Assembly (NCBI RefSeq): GCF_006345805.1
Contig: NC_043016.1
Span: forward strand, 2,232,001-2,296,000
DNA length: 64,000 bases
Direction: 5' to 3'
Source: Octopus sinensis
Taxonomy: Eukaryota
Shown: positions 48,345 through 61,099 of the stretch, piece after piece
Layout of the letters: every line of letters starts with the position of its first letter
Numbering within the stretch: the first letter of the stretch is position 1
Made by a program: the position numbers and the translations under genes
Notes under the pieces: model-generated
The model's database searches: none
Told to the model about the DNA's origin: nothing
Seen by the model: the letters and a program-made list of their open reading frames with translations, nothing else

Positions 48345-49140
48345 CTAGCAGCATAGCCCGGCGTTGCCCGGGTATGTAAGAGTCCCTAGTAGGCAACGAC
48401 TAATCCCAATCTAGTCCTTTCCCTCTAGGGAACGAAGGCGCATGTGTAGGTTGCAATGTCTTCTCTTCACTCCCAAATAACTATCAAACAGCTATCGATA
48501 ATTCAACCTATCCAATTCCTACCAGGAAGAAATTACATTCGAGACTTTACCCCCAACACCGCCACTTCTGCTAATAGCTGCTGCAGCCGCAAGTTATTCG
48601 AATACTTTTTTGTTTACACTTTCTTTATAACTATCACCCCAAACATTTTACCTTAAATTTTTGACGTACCCTAAGGGTCCTCGGACGCTACTTGCAAACT
48701 CTTGGTTTATTATAAACCGCTTTTGTCGTGTGCACCAAAAAACTTTTCCATTCGTTTGTTCAGTTTGGTCACTTTTGACTTTTTCGTCGTTGTCACTTAC
48801 ATTGCTGCCCGCTTTTTTGCCGTTTTTGTACATTTTTATACATTTTGGGATACTTACCCCACGTGTTCCGAGAGTTAAAAAGGTCGAGTTGCGTCCCCTA
48901 GACAGTCTGTAGAAAATGTGTTGCATATAAAAAGCGTAGATTCTCGACCCATGTCGAATTTATCGATTTTTTTCAGAACTGGGGGAACTTTTCAAAACTT
49001 TCGCTGCGTTAGTTTTGAATTATGACATTGGGCTATGTGTGTGTCAAGTTTCATCAGAATCGGTTGAAAGCCGTGGTCAGGGTGAGGGTACAACCTGACA
49101 GGCACACAGACAGACAAACTGCCGTTTATATATAGAGAGA
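48345..49140 (-). mobile_element. Non-autonomous Helitron
   Basis: Minus strand: A|TC start, hairpin CCCGGGCAACGCCGGG, CTAG|T end. Confidence 0.85.
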
Positions 49141-49269
49141 TATACATAAATACATACACACTCATATACCTACCCACCAACATACCTAGCCATCTGCCGT
49201 CGCACACGCACTAGTTGGTTGATAGATACGCGCCTGAATATGTGTGTGTGCGTGTATATATACATACAT

Positions 49270-49900
49270 ACATGCATACATATATATATAATGGAAACAC
49301 CTTAAAATTTCAAACAAATTAATTTTAATATGGAGTATGAACGCCTTTGGCAGTAATTACAGCTTGAATTCTATGAGGTATGGACTCTTACAAAGTTTGA
49401 ATTGTTTCCGGAGGAATTTTTGTTCATTCTTCAGCTAAAACAGTCTCCAGTTCATATTTCTTTATTGCCCACAAGGGACTAAACATAGAGGGGACAAACA
49501 CGGACAGACATTGGAATTAAGTCGATTACATCGAGCCCAGTGCATAAACTGGTACTTAATTTATCGAAAGGCAAATTCGACCACGGCGGAATTTGAACTC
49601 AGAACGTAAAGACAGACGGAATACTGCTAAGCATTTCGCCCGGCGTGCCAACATTTCTACCAGCTCACCGCCTTCTCCAGTTTCCAGTCTCCAGTTCTTG
49701 TAGTGATGATGGTGGAGGATATCGACTTGTTTTTCTAAAATTTACCATAAATGTTCAATAATATTGAGATCTGGGGACTGTGTTTTGCCAAATAAGATGT
49801 TCAACTTCACTAGAATGCTCCTCGTGCCATTCAGTAACCACTTTAGCTGTGAGAATTGGTGCACTATCATCCTGAAAGATTGCTTTTCTCCTCGAAACAG
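49270..49900 (-). mobile_element. Tc1-like transposase 3' fragment, interrupted by SINE-B
   Basis: QSPDLNIIEHLW and terminal AKGVHTPY*. Confidence 0.75.
49454..49674 (-). mobile_element. SINE-B with internal deletion
   Basis: Family homology; cagtctccagttc repeated at 49441-49453 and 49685-49697. Confidence 0.85.
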
Positions 49901-49914
49901 TCCCAACAGAACCA

Positions 49915-50092
49915 ACAGCTTAACATGAGATGCGGACGAGGGCAAAGGAATCAAACTCTCTTATACACTAAACGGGCCAACAGTTGGGGCAAAGGCACAA
50001 ACAAGAGTGGTGATGCGAAACACTCCCGACTGAGGAAATCAGAAAGACCACAGTGGTGCTCAAGAATGACCGCAGCCGCATGGCTGAAACGA
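49915..50092 (+). mobile_element. 3'-end fragment of the same CR1 family as 46355-47765
   Basis: Aligns with ~47590-47765 (cgactgaggaaat.agaaagaccacagtggtg..gaatgaccgcagcc.catggctgaaacg). Confidence 0.8.
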
Positions 50093-51284
50093 GGAAAATA
50101 TCGCGATATTTTTCTGCTTTCTTTTTTTACAATATCGTGATATTGCTTTTAACGATATTCCTTTTTGATATTGCTTCCAGCCAGAACATGACTGATCCCC
50201 CTTTTTCATGCTTTGACCCCTTAATCATGTATGTTTTCTTTGGCGTTATCCGAACGCTTTTTTAATGTCATACAATTATGGCGCATGAGTTTTTGAATAG
50301 ACATATCTTTTCATAGGAAATATCTTTGTAGACTTAGACGTAAAATATGTGGTGTCTGGAAATGTAATTAATTTTTGTTAATTAATATAATTATTTGTTG
50401 AGACAGTTGACCATCTCAAATAAATAAGCATTTTTAAGACGTTTAGTATATATTGAAGGTAATCTCATTTAAAATCAGTCTATTAGTCTTAATTTTAATT
50501 TTCAAATAATCTGTCATTTGTATGTTGTCTATATTCTGAACAAAACTGGTTTTGGTGTTATACTAAACTATATTATTGTAGCTTATTCAGAGAGATCGTG
50601 GGACCAAAAATGCATAATTTTGTCATTCAACTGTTTGCTCGATTTTTATAGAATGGCGAATCTCAGTTCATATTAGTTCGTTAACTTTTCACCATCATTT
50701 TTTTCGTACTCGTTGGGATAAATTGTTCTTTCTCCTCACCCATTCCTTTGTTTTATGGTGGCTCAGTGATCTTTTTCTTATCTATTTTCATATTTTTTTG
50801 TCAATCGTTTGTAAATTTGCGCCCCTAATATTTATTTCTTATTGCAAGATAGCGTGAAGTTGTTGGGAGGCTAAGCTTTTACTCCTTTATTTCTGATACT
50901 AGACTTAATGATTTTTCACTTGCCAACCCCAGTGTGTTGATTGGCTGCAGATTGGAAATTGGGACATTGTACTTTGTAGTTGCTAAGTGTCAGTAGTTTC
51001 ACTTGTTCGTTAACTTTAAACTTCCCCTTTACAGTTCTTCCGGCTATTCTTCCCTAAGGTGTGTTTTACTCAGACGAATTTAAAAACTGGGCTTTCTGTC
51101 CTATTTTATCAATTTTAAGTCCTTCGTCTCAGTGCCTTCTACTCAGAACAGTTCTCGTATAGAAGCGGTAATAATACCCTAAGGTGAAATATTCACCACT
51201 TAAAAGTGGATGTTGCGTTAGAACACACAAATACTGCAATGTTTATGAAGAGAGAAAAACTCTCATATAGTTTCTTGGTCTATA

Positions 51285-51727
51285 AAAGTACATCATCGCT
51301 ATTGCCGGCAGTAAACAACCACTGCTATTTCCGTTGCCAGGACAACCGGATCGTGTGATCTCGGCCTCTTTTGGCCTTGTTAGCGATAGGTACCTCACCG
51401 CTGGAAATAACAGTAACTGCTGCGCTACCAATATGCATAGAAATACAGAACCAAAATACTGCTTCTGTTGCTCTATTTATTTTTTTATAAGCCCTCTGGC
51501 TTTTTAGCAACACCAGGCCTTTTGGGGTTTGTATTTCTGTATATCGCTAGCACAGCAGTTACTGCTTTCTACGGAGAGTTATCTATCATTGACAAGGCCA
51601 GAAGAAGCCGAACTCAGGCGATCTGGTAGTCCTGGCACCGGAAGAAACGGTGAGTCACGTGATCTGGTAGTTCTGGCAGCAGAAGAAGCGGTGGTTGTCT
51701 ACCGCTGACGATAGCTACGATGTGCTT
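51285..51727. mobile_element. Old foldback/MITE-like inverted repeat
   Basis: Two ~165-bp diverged inverted arms around a ~60-bp spacer; the right arm has an internal duplication. Confidence 0.7.
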
Positions 51728-52178
51728 TTATGCACTAAAAACCATATGAAAGTTTTTCTCTTTTGGTTAATATCGCAGTATGTGTGTGTTCTAACTCAAT
51801 GTCGACCTTTAGGTGATGAATATATATGTTTATACACTTCATGAATATATATAATATAATATATTATATATTATATATATCTATATATATATATATATAT
51901 ATTTTAAAACGTATGACTTTAATTTATTAATTGTTTAATATTTTACAGCCAATAATTTACCCTGGGTATTTAGTCTCTGTTCTTCTTTATAAGCTATTTT
52001 TGATTTAAGGTTTTCTTCGATTTTTATAAGTATACGATGAACTTATACTGCAATCTGTTATTGCATGCAACCGGTCATTGAAAGGACCAATGAAAGAAAA
52101 ACATTTTTAAATGTATATCAATCAAACTAATTGCATATTTTTACCTATAACTTTATCTTTGTTCCATTCTAAACATAC

Positions 52179-52216
52179 CTGCCCGACGAACGGGAACGTG
52201 AAATTGTGAGTAACAA
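52179..52216 (+). ncRNA. Degenerate HHR-like motif of the same family as the 52361-52517 hairpin
   Basis: CCGACGA-ACG-GGAA-CGU-GAAA-UUGUGAG-UA-ACAA; stems I and III are decayed. Confidence 0.45.
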
Positions 52217-52321
52217 TTTTTGTGATATATTTTTGCTGCTTTTTTAATAACGCATATTACTCTACCTCTGGTATTCGAGTACTATTTATTTTTTCCGCCT
52301 CGTTTTGAATTTATGTGCTTA

Positions 52322-52360
<39 letters not shown>

Positions 52361-52517
52361 CTTTATTTTGCAGCAGAAAATTCAACAAAAATCTGTTACT
52401 CTGAGTTTCTCGTTGCCGTTCATCAGACAGTTTTTTCTAGCAAAAACTGTCTGATGAACGGCAAGGAGAAACTCAGAGTAACAGATTTTGTTGAATTTTC
52501 TGCTGCTTAAAATAAAG
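52361..52517. repeat. ~157-bp near-perfect hairpin made of two inverted HHR-like motifs
   Basis: Arms 52361-52435 / 52442-52517. CUGU-CUGAUGA-ACGGCAA(C/G)GA-GAAA-CUCAGAG-UA-ACAG on the + strand at 52447-52484 and on the - strand at 52393-52430. Confidence 0.8.
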
Positions 52518-52653
52518 CATATTACTCTACCACTGGTATTTGAGTACTCTTTTTTCCACCTTGTTTCACATTTATGTGTTTACTCCGGTATGTATATATA
52601 TTATATATATATATATATAATAATATATATATATATATATATTATATATAATA

Positions 52654-53972
52654 TTATATAAAAGGGCTTAGTAAAATAAATTACTTGCCGCAATCTGAAC
52701 TCATTAGAAATAGCAGCTAAAAAAACTTTTTTAAACTATTTCTAATACTTAAAGAAAACCTCTCTCATATAGTTTTTGCTCAATTCAACTCACGAAAGTA
52801 GGGGGGTAGAGACATTAAAAAATCAAATGCAAAGGTTATTTGAGAACGTACGTTTCAAGATTAGTCAAACTCGACACTTCTATCAACAGCTCAGAACTCC
52901 CTGGTTTGGATTTGAAAACACTGAAAGTGGGAGCATACCCTTTCGGCTTCTTATCGCTTCTGAAGATCTGCTCGAAACTAACAGTGCCAGCAAACTCAAA
53001 TATGCAAGCGAAGAATTTCTGCTCTCCCCTTTCCACCAGCGTGGGTTAAAATCAGCAAACACTATGGTTTTTTCGGTAAAATCCGAGGCATTAAATGGAG
53101 AGAGATGAATTATAATTTCAACAATTGAGGATAAAATTAATTAATTAATCAATTTCACCAAGTATTCAGTATGCAAAGGGACCATTTAAGGCGAATTCAA
53201 ATTATTACATTATATAAAAGGGCTTAGTAAAATAAATTACTTTGCCGCATACTGAACTCATTAGAAATAGCAGCTAAAAAAACTTTTTTTAAACTATTTC
53301 TAATACTTAAAGAAAACCTCTCTCATATAGTGTTTGCTCAATTCAACTCACGAAAGTATGGGGGTAGAGACATTAAAAAATCAAATGCAAAGGTATTGAG
53401 AACGTACGTTTCAAGATTAGTCAAACTCGACACTTCTATCAACAGCTCAGAACTCCCTGGTTTGGATTTGAAAACACTGAAAGTGGGAGCATACCCTTTC
53501 GGCTTCTTATCGCTTCTGAAGATCTGCTCGAAACTAACAGTGCCAGCAAACTCAAATATTCAAGCGAAGAATTTCTGCTCTCCCCTTTCCACCAGCGTGG
53601 GGAGAGCAGAAATTCTTCGCTTGCATATTTGAGTTTGCTGGCACTGTTAGTTTCGAGCAGATCTTCAGAAGCGATAAGAAGCCGAAAGGGTATGCTCCCA
53701 CTTTCAGTGTTTTCAAATCCAAACCAGGAGTTCTGAGCTGATGATAGTAGTGTCGAGTTTGACTAATCTTGAAACGTACGTTCTCAAATAACCTTTGCAT
53801 TTGATTTTTTAATGTCTCTACCCCCATACTTTCGTGAGTTGAATTGAGCAAACACTATATGAGAGAGGTTTTCTTTAAGTATTAGAATAGTTTTAAAAAA
53901 GTTTTTTTAGCTGCTATTTCTAATGAGTTCAGTATGCGGCAAAGTAATTTATTTTACTAAGCCCTTTTATAT

Positions 53973-54031
<59 letters not shown>

Positions 54032-54821
54032 CCGGAGTAAACACATAAATGTGAAACAAGGTGGAAAGTATTAGAAATAGAAAGTATTAGAAATAGTTTT
54101 AAAAAAAGTTTTTTTAGCTGCTATTTCTAATGAGTTCAGTATGCGGCAAAGTAATTTATTTTACTAAGCCCTTTTATATAATGTAATAATTTGAATTCGC
54201 CTTAAATGGTCCCTTTGCATACTGAATACTTATTAATTAATTAATTTTACCCTCAATTGTTGAAATTATAATTCATCTCTCTCTATTTAATGCCTCGGAT
54301 TTTACCGAAAAAACCATAGTGTTTGCTGATTTTAACCCACGCTGGTGGAAAGGGGAGAGCAGAAATTCTTCGCTTGCATATTTGAGTTTGCTGGCACTGT
54401 TAGTTTCGAGCAGATCTTCAGAAGCGATAAGAAGCCGAAAGGGTATGCTCCCACTTTCAGTGTTTTCAAATCCAAACCAGGGAGTTCTGAGCTGTTGATA
54501 GAAGTGTCGATTTGACTAATCTTGAAACGTACGTTCTCAAATAACCTTTGCATTTGATTTTTTAATGTCTCTACTACCCCCATACTTTCGTGAGTTGAAT
54601 TGAGCAAACACTATATGAGAGAGGTTTTCTTTAAGTATTAGAAATAGTTTTAAAAAATTTTTTTAGCTGCTATTTCTAATGAGTTCAGATTGCGGCAAAG
54701 TAATTTATTTTACTAAGCCCTTTATAAATGTAATAATTTGAATTCGCCTTAAATGGTCCCTTTGCATACTGAATACTTGGTGAAATTGATTAATTAATTA
54801 ATTTTACCCTCAATTGTTGAA
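52654..54821. repeat. Tandem and inverted array of a ~556-bp unit
   Basis: + copies 52654-53209 and 53210-53600; inversion point ~53585-53598; - copies 53601-53974, 54068-54181, 54182-54727 and 54728-54821. 54027-54067 mirrors 52552-52591. Confidence 0.9.
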
Positions 54822-54831
54822 TATATATATA

Positions 54832-54905
<74 letters not shown>

Positions 54906-54938
54906 TATATATATATATATATATATAATATATATGTA

Positions 54939-55002
<64 letters not shown>

Positions 55003-55005
55003 ATA

Positions 55006-55408
55006 TAGGCGCAGGAGCGGCTGTGTGCTAAGTAGCTTGCTAACCAACCACATGGTTCCGGGTTCAGTCCCACTGCGTGGCATCTTGGGCAAGTTTCTTC
55101 TGCTATAGACCCGGGCCGACCAATGCCTTGTGAGTGGATTTGGTAGACGGAAACTGGAAGAAGCCTGTCGTATATATGTATATATATATAAGTGTGTGTT
55201 TATATGTTTGTGTGTCTGTGTTTGTCCCTCTAGCATTGCTTGACAACCGATGCTGGTGTGTTTACGTCCCCGTCACCTAGCGGTTCGGCAAAAGAGACCG
55301 ATAGAATAAGTACTGGGCTTACAAAGAATAAGTCCCGGGGTCGATTTGCTTGACTAAAGGCGGTGCTTCAGCATGGCCGCAGTCAAATGACTGAAACAAG
55401 TAAAAGAG

Positions 55409-55409
<1 letters not shown>
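55006..55409 (+). mobile_element. SINE-A, full length (empty-site reference for the Tx1 insertion)
   Basis: Box A, box B, body and tail present; contains a single aagtagcttgctaacc. Confidence 0.92.
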
Positions 55410-55446
<37 letters not shown>

Positions 55447-55687
55447 TATATCTATATATATATAATATATTATATATATATATATACATATACATATACA
55501 TATACATGCATTATAACTAAGGGTAAATACTTTGACATGTAGAAAAGCACTCTATCTGCTAAAAGTGTAAAGATTATATATATATATATATATATGACTG
55601 TTTCCATCTGCTAAAATTTTCTCACAACTCATTTGTTGCCCAATGCTGTTGTCCCAAGGATGCCACAAAATGGGACTCTGTATATAT

Positions 55688-55729
<42 letters not shown>

Positions 55730-56104
55730 CATACATACATATGTATGAATGCTTGTGTTAGTCTGTGTGTCTGAGTGTATGTGTATTAGTTTGTGAACAT
55801 GTTACTTCCAATGTTTCTCTATATTCTATTTTTTGTCATTCAAATTTCAATTGTAATTAGACGGAAGTCTAGAAGCCAACTCATATAAACAAATCCAGAA
55901 TCATCATTTTCTATGTAACTTCAGAGTTCATAATTTCAGATTCTGCGGTTTCTTTGTCCCTAAAGTTATTGGCGTTGCACTTATTTGAATTGTTAACGAA
56001 TCATGAACACACAGTGGTGGAAATATTGTCTTCATCAGGTTTAAACTAATTGGTCGAAAACTGATTATATGTTATTCAATTAAGATTAGTTTTTTATGAA
56101 ATCC

Positions 56105-56685
56105 AGTAACCAACCAGCCAGCCAACCAACCAACCAAACCAACCAACCAACAAACCCAGCAACTAACCAAGCAACCAACCTTTTACCCAACCAATCCACC
56201 AACCATCCAACTAACCAACCAGCTGACCAATCAGCCAGCCAACCAATCCACCAACCAACAAACTAATCAACCCACCACTAACCGACCAACAGACCAACCA
56301 ACCAAGTAACTAACCAAGCAGCCATCCTTGCAAGCAACCAATCCAACAACTTGTCAAACCACCAACCGACCGACCAACACGAAACCAACCAGCCAACTCA
56401 TTAATCAACCAACCAATCCACCAACAAACCAACCTACCAAACCAACCAACAACCAACCAACCAACCAACCAACCAACCAACCAACCAACCAACCAACAAC
56501 CAGCCAGCGAACCAAACAACAAACCAATATTCTAACCCAATATTCTAACCAACCAACCAACCAACCAACCAACCAACCAAACAACCAACCAACCAACCAA
56601 ACGAACGAAGCAACCAACAAAGCAATTAACCAACCAACCCACCAACCAGTCAACCAACCGACCAACCGACCAACTAATAAATAAA
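56105..56685. repeat. Imperfect (AACC)n microsatellite
   Basis: Direct reading; explains the PTNQ- and WLVG-type ORFs. Confidence 0.95.
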
Positions 56686-57178
56686 TAAATTAAAGAAAGA
56701 GACAAATAACTAAACTGTGGAATGAATCAGTTCAGTATATAGTTCTGATTATAAAAACAATATTCTCACTGAATAATTATAACTGTACTTATTAATTGCT
56801 CCTAACCCAATATTCTAAATTCGTTTATGAAATGTGTAATTATCTTCACGTTACATTTCATCATAAAATAACATTTAAGTTAGTCCAGAGTAACTAAGGA
56901 TGGTCTGTATTGGTTGAAGGAAATCATTTAAACGGAGTGACAAAATGGAATTCACTTATTTACTTAATTCTGTGAAGCTCCTCTCGAGGTACACATTTAT
57001 TCTGATTTATTCTCATGTTTTTATATTGTCATGTGTGTGTTTTTCTCTCGGCTTTTCCCGTAATCTTGTATGTGTTGATGTGTAGCTGACAACGACACAT
57101 CCATGACGAAGAAATAGTACCCCAACAAAATGCACACGCAAACACAGACAAACACACATACACACCCGCAAGCACACA

Positions 57179-57249
<71 letters not shown>

Positions 57250-58556
57250 CATACGGGTAGACACATGGCATGACTATCAACTTGACTCGGAAAAACATAT
57301 AGAGAGAGATATATCTTGATATACGCTGGAGGTTAGTGTTTAGATATTTAACATTTATCTTTCGTGTGATTAAATCTTTGAAACGTTTCCATTTCATGTT
57401 AGCAATCTGTTGAAAAATAGACAAAATACAACTCTGTATTTTTATTCAAGAGTGGGAAAGTCATGGCGTTGCAATTTTCCCAAGAGTATTTTCAGGCAAG
57501 TAAAGTGAAACGATTTCATCCTTGAATCGAAACCAAATCACGCTTCTTGTTGTCATGAGCTAATCTCCCAACTCTATGGCCCTTTGCAAAATCATTCGAA
57601 AATATTTAATGATTCAGCAAAATATTCTTAAGGCACTTCCGTTATTTCTTATATTTCAATATTTTTTACAAAATCCTCAAATAGCGCAATGTCTTGCTTG
57701 CTGCTGAACAGTTCCTAAAACACAGCATGGAGACTGTTATATCATTAACAATTGTGGAGGACAGGCCTGTAACTTCTGTCAGTGGTCCTGTGCTATAAGT
57801 TGACATCATGTTATGAAATCAGTCATATTTTTATAACATTTCAAAGCAACTTCACTAATTATCTTCACATAAAATAAGGAAAACGAAACCAAAGTGCTAA
57901 ACTGTAATTAAAATATCTTTTTCTCACCCTGGATTTCCTGATTACCAGCTGCTGCCTTGCGTGGTACCAGTCAGAAGAGGGAGAAGTAAGAATATATTAC
58001 GAAGTAGGGTCAGGGTGAAATAAGGGTATATATATATATTTCATCATGCAAAAGGGAACTTTAATATGTTCACTTTAGAAAATATAATTATGATTATAAT
58101 TATAATTGTAATTACGATTATAATTACAATTATGAACTTAATTTGTTCACGGAAATGCAATAAAATTCTGCCTATAAAATTTTAAATAAAAGCAGATTCA
58201 AACCGAACATTTCAGTTATAAATGCCTCAGATCTGCTTCTATACTTATTTCTTTGCATGTAGAAAGTCACATCTACAAGGAACCACCATCAAGGAAGACA
58301 ATAATGGAAGAGAAAACGAAAATGAACAAGTACTTGCAGCAGCAGCTGTAATAGTAGTAGTGGTAGCAGTATTAGTAGTAGTCTGAGTTGAAAAAAGATG
58401 AAGAACTACATCAAAAGAAACAGATAGAAGAAATCTACGTGGATCGTTTGATCTGTTTTAAATCGCAGCCAAATCCCCTTCATCATACTTTACCATCTTC
58501 ACAACTAAACGGCACATTAGATTAGTTATGACCATCAACAGGATGGTCATAACTAG

Positions 58557-58652
58557 AATTACTTTTATAATAGGTTTGCTGGATCAAGAATTACTTTTAT
58601 AATAGGTTTGCTGGATCAAGAATTACTTTTATAATAGGTTTGCTGGATCAAG
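58557..58652. repeat. Perfect 32-bp tandem repeat x3
   Basis: aattacttttataataggtttgctggatcaag three times with no spacers. Confidence 0.95.
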
Positions 58653-58829
58653 TTCTCGCTAAGGAGTATGTATGGCTTGTGTTGTTATGAAGTTCCCTTC
58701 GTGACTACATAGTTTTGAGTTCGACCCCACCACACGGCACCCTGGCTAAAGTGTTTTCAACAGTAACTCCAGGTCGACAAAACGTATGTGAGTGGAATTC
58801 GGTGGTTGGAAACTTACCAGACGTAAGGA

Positions 58830-60430
58830 TGGTTCTTGGTTGGTGACTTAAACCGTTGACCAGTATAACATCGCCAGCTTGCTCTTGGGACACTTTAGTT
58901 GGAGTCCGCTCTGCTTTAAGCATTCGGAACACCTTCAATTCGAACAGACCACCAGTGTGCGGCAAGATCTTTGGAGCACATATCGCACTGATTCACCACA
59001 GGCAGACACACCATGATCCATCTTCTTCCATATGATGTCCTTGGTCATCGTTAACAACGACAGACGAACTAATAGAAACAATTCTGTGCTTTCTCCTAGT
59101 GTTCCACTCATGTCATTCGTTTCACTTTTCTCTTATATGATTCATCGATTCACTGTTGTTCTAATTCACAACAGTGGTATAAATGGAGTTGAACGGGTTT
59201 CATTTGATTCTGATATTGATGTTATATTGAGGTTGTGTTTTGTAGAAATATCACGTATTAATAGTCTGTGGATGCCAGACCAGCAAGGGGAAGCTGCTGA
59301 CCTCCCCTATTCGGAGGTTATAAAGGACACAGGTTTATGTGTCACATAGCTAGCTAGAGGCGATGACCTCTTGGAGCTAATCAACGGCAGCATTCATCCT
59401 ATTTATCTGGACTGCCATGTCAGCTTGGCGATATCTATTAATATGTTGTGTTTTGTGTTTTCTAGGAATTATGGTTAATGGTGATATGGTTGAGCTTTTT
59501 GTTTTTGTTGTGGCTATAGTTGTGGTTTTGGTAGTGATGATGTGGATGTGCAGCTGGTTAAAAGGAAGACTTCCACCTATGTACTCTTCCAGGCATTCTG
59601 ACTGCGGCAGCATTATTGATAACTTTCCTGTTTCTCCTTTCGTCACACTACGAAGCTCCTAAGTCAGAAGGTTCACTAGGTTCTTTTGTATGTTATGTTG
59701 ATGTCTGTATGTTTTGATGGGGAAAACAAATATTTTGGGGCTTTTGTAGTTCATCTTACTGTTGGGAAGGCGCGTGGATTAAGCGCTAAGGTATTCGGTT
59801 CACGATCGTAAAGTTGTGAGTTCGATTCTCAGCGGCACGAAGACATTTCATTTTGTTCTAGTTCACTTAGCTGGCAAAAATGGGTATCAATTGTAATTCA
59901 ATAGGCCTGTCATAGAACCATGAACATGCATTGCATCTTCCTGTAACATTATGTTGCCAAGGATTTTTGGAAGTTGTTCGTTAACACCAACCTGAAATCC
60001 CTTTAAAACAGACAAATTAGAGCCAATTTTAGGCCATCGTCACTGATATCCTTAGTTAACGGTCTATCGAAAACTAGAGATATTTCCCGCCGGCGGCTTT
60101 ATCCAACTGGTATACTACTAGTAGTGTATTGTAATATTCTAGATGTTGAACGTATAACCTTACTCTAGCTTGACACATGATTGCTGCATGGTCAAGAAGA
60201 CGAGTTGCAGAAAGATATGTTTGGACGAAAGATGTCCACCCCAGTTCACTCGCCTTCCTCGTCGTTGTTGTTGCCATCGCAGTGGTTCAGATATTTCTGC
60301 AGGAGGATCAACCTCACAGCATGCCAGTTCAGTTGAGGCTACCACTGAACAGAAGTTGACATCAGGTGAATTTCCTGACCAGCGGAACCTGTTCCTATCA
60401 TTTGAAGCGAAAATGTATGCGCTCTAATAT
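58830..60430 (-). mobile_element. Possible very old RTE-type LINE remnants
   Basis: Only faint similarity (LEYYNTLLVVYQLDKA; DIIWKKMDHGVSACGE) in a locally more GC-rich segment. Confidence 0.3.
59766..59835 (+). mobile_element. tRNA-like head (Val-CAC-like) of a SINE or tRNA pseudogene
   Basis: ggcgcgtggattaagcgctaagg..ttcggttcacgatcg..GAGTTCGATTC; box A and box B present, stems broken. Confidence 0.5.
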
Positions 60431-60861
60431 GTTCAGATGTTTCTCAGAACATGGTACGACGGCCAACCAGTAGGACACTACCGAAATACATTGCTTTTTT
60501 CGCTCCTAAATTTTTCTTGATTGAAGTGTCTTTCTATTTTTGTCTTACAGTAAACTCCTTTAAACGGGGATGGTGGAATAAGTCTTAAGTGCTACGGGTG
60601 GAATAATATATATATATTTTTGTTTTTGCTTTTATCTTTTATTAATTTTACTTTTTAGAATTTCTAGCAGAAATACGACACTTCGATGATGCAAGTGTGA
60701 GGAGGTTCTCCCACTTGTGGCAGCAACCTGGTGTACATGTAGGAATGTAAACAAAACGCCCCTCACGAAAAGGAAAGAAATTCTATTAAAAAATAGAATT
60801 TAAAAGAAGAGTAATGCCGGTTTCAGAAATAGTGAATGTGATAACAGTAACACATTCAATC

Positions 60862-61066
60862 CACCGCCGCCACCACCACCACCACCACCACCACCACCAC
60901 AACAACAACAACAACAACAACAACAAAAACAGCAGCAGCAACAACAACAAAAACAGCAGCAGCAGCAGCAAGAACAACAACAACAACAGCAGCAGCAGCA
61001 GCAACAACAACAACAGCAGCAGCAGCAGCAGCAACAACAACAACAACAACAGTAGCAGCAGCAGCA
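60862..61066. repeat. Compound (CAC)n(CAA)n(CAG)n trinucleotide array
   Basis: Direct reading of the sequence. Confidence 0.95.
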
Positions 61067-61099
61067 ATACGTTTTCTACACAATGTCTGAAATTTGGGT

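Noticed and set aside
52958-52992. CUGAAGA-7nt-GAAA-stem motif in the 556-bp unit as an HHR
   Set aside because: No stem II pairing, G at the cleavage position and no stem I complement.
52776-53108. 110-aa ORF within the 556-bp repeat unit
   Set aside because: The frame differs between near-identical copies and no domain is recognised. The faint PLE-like YPFG motif is too weak.
58557-58652. CRISPR-like 32-bp repeats
   Set aside because: The repeats are contiguous with no spacers, there are no cas genes, and the context is eukaryotic.
59766-59835. Functional tRNA-Val gene
   Set aside because: The acceptor, D and T stems do not pair properly, so it is treated as a SINE head or pseudogene. 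The same holds for 12845-12915 and all SINE heads.
60827-61066. Poly-Pro/poly-Gln exon (CAA/CAG mix in one frame, after tttcag)
   Set aside because: Weak acceptor, no recognisable unique peptide, and similar compound trinucleotide arrays occur non-codingly at 14.9, 34.3 and 36.9 kb.
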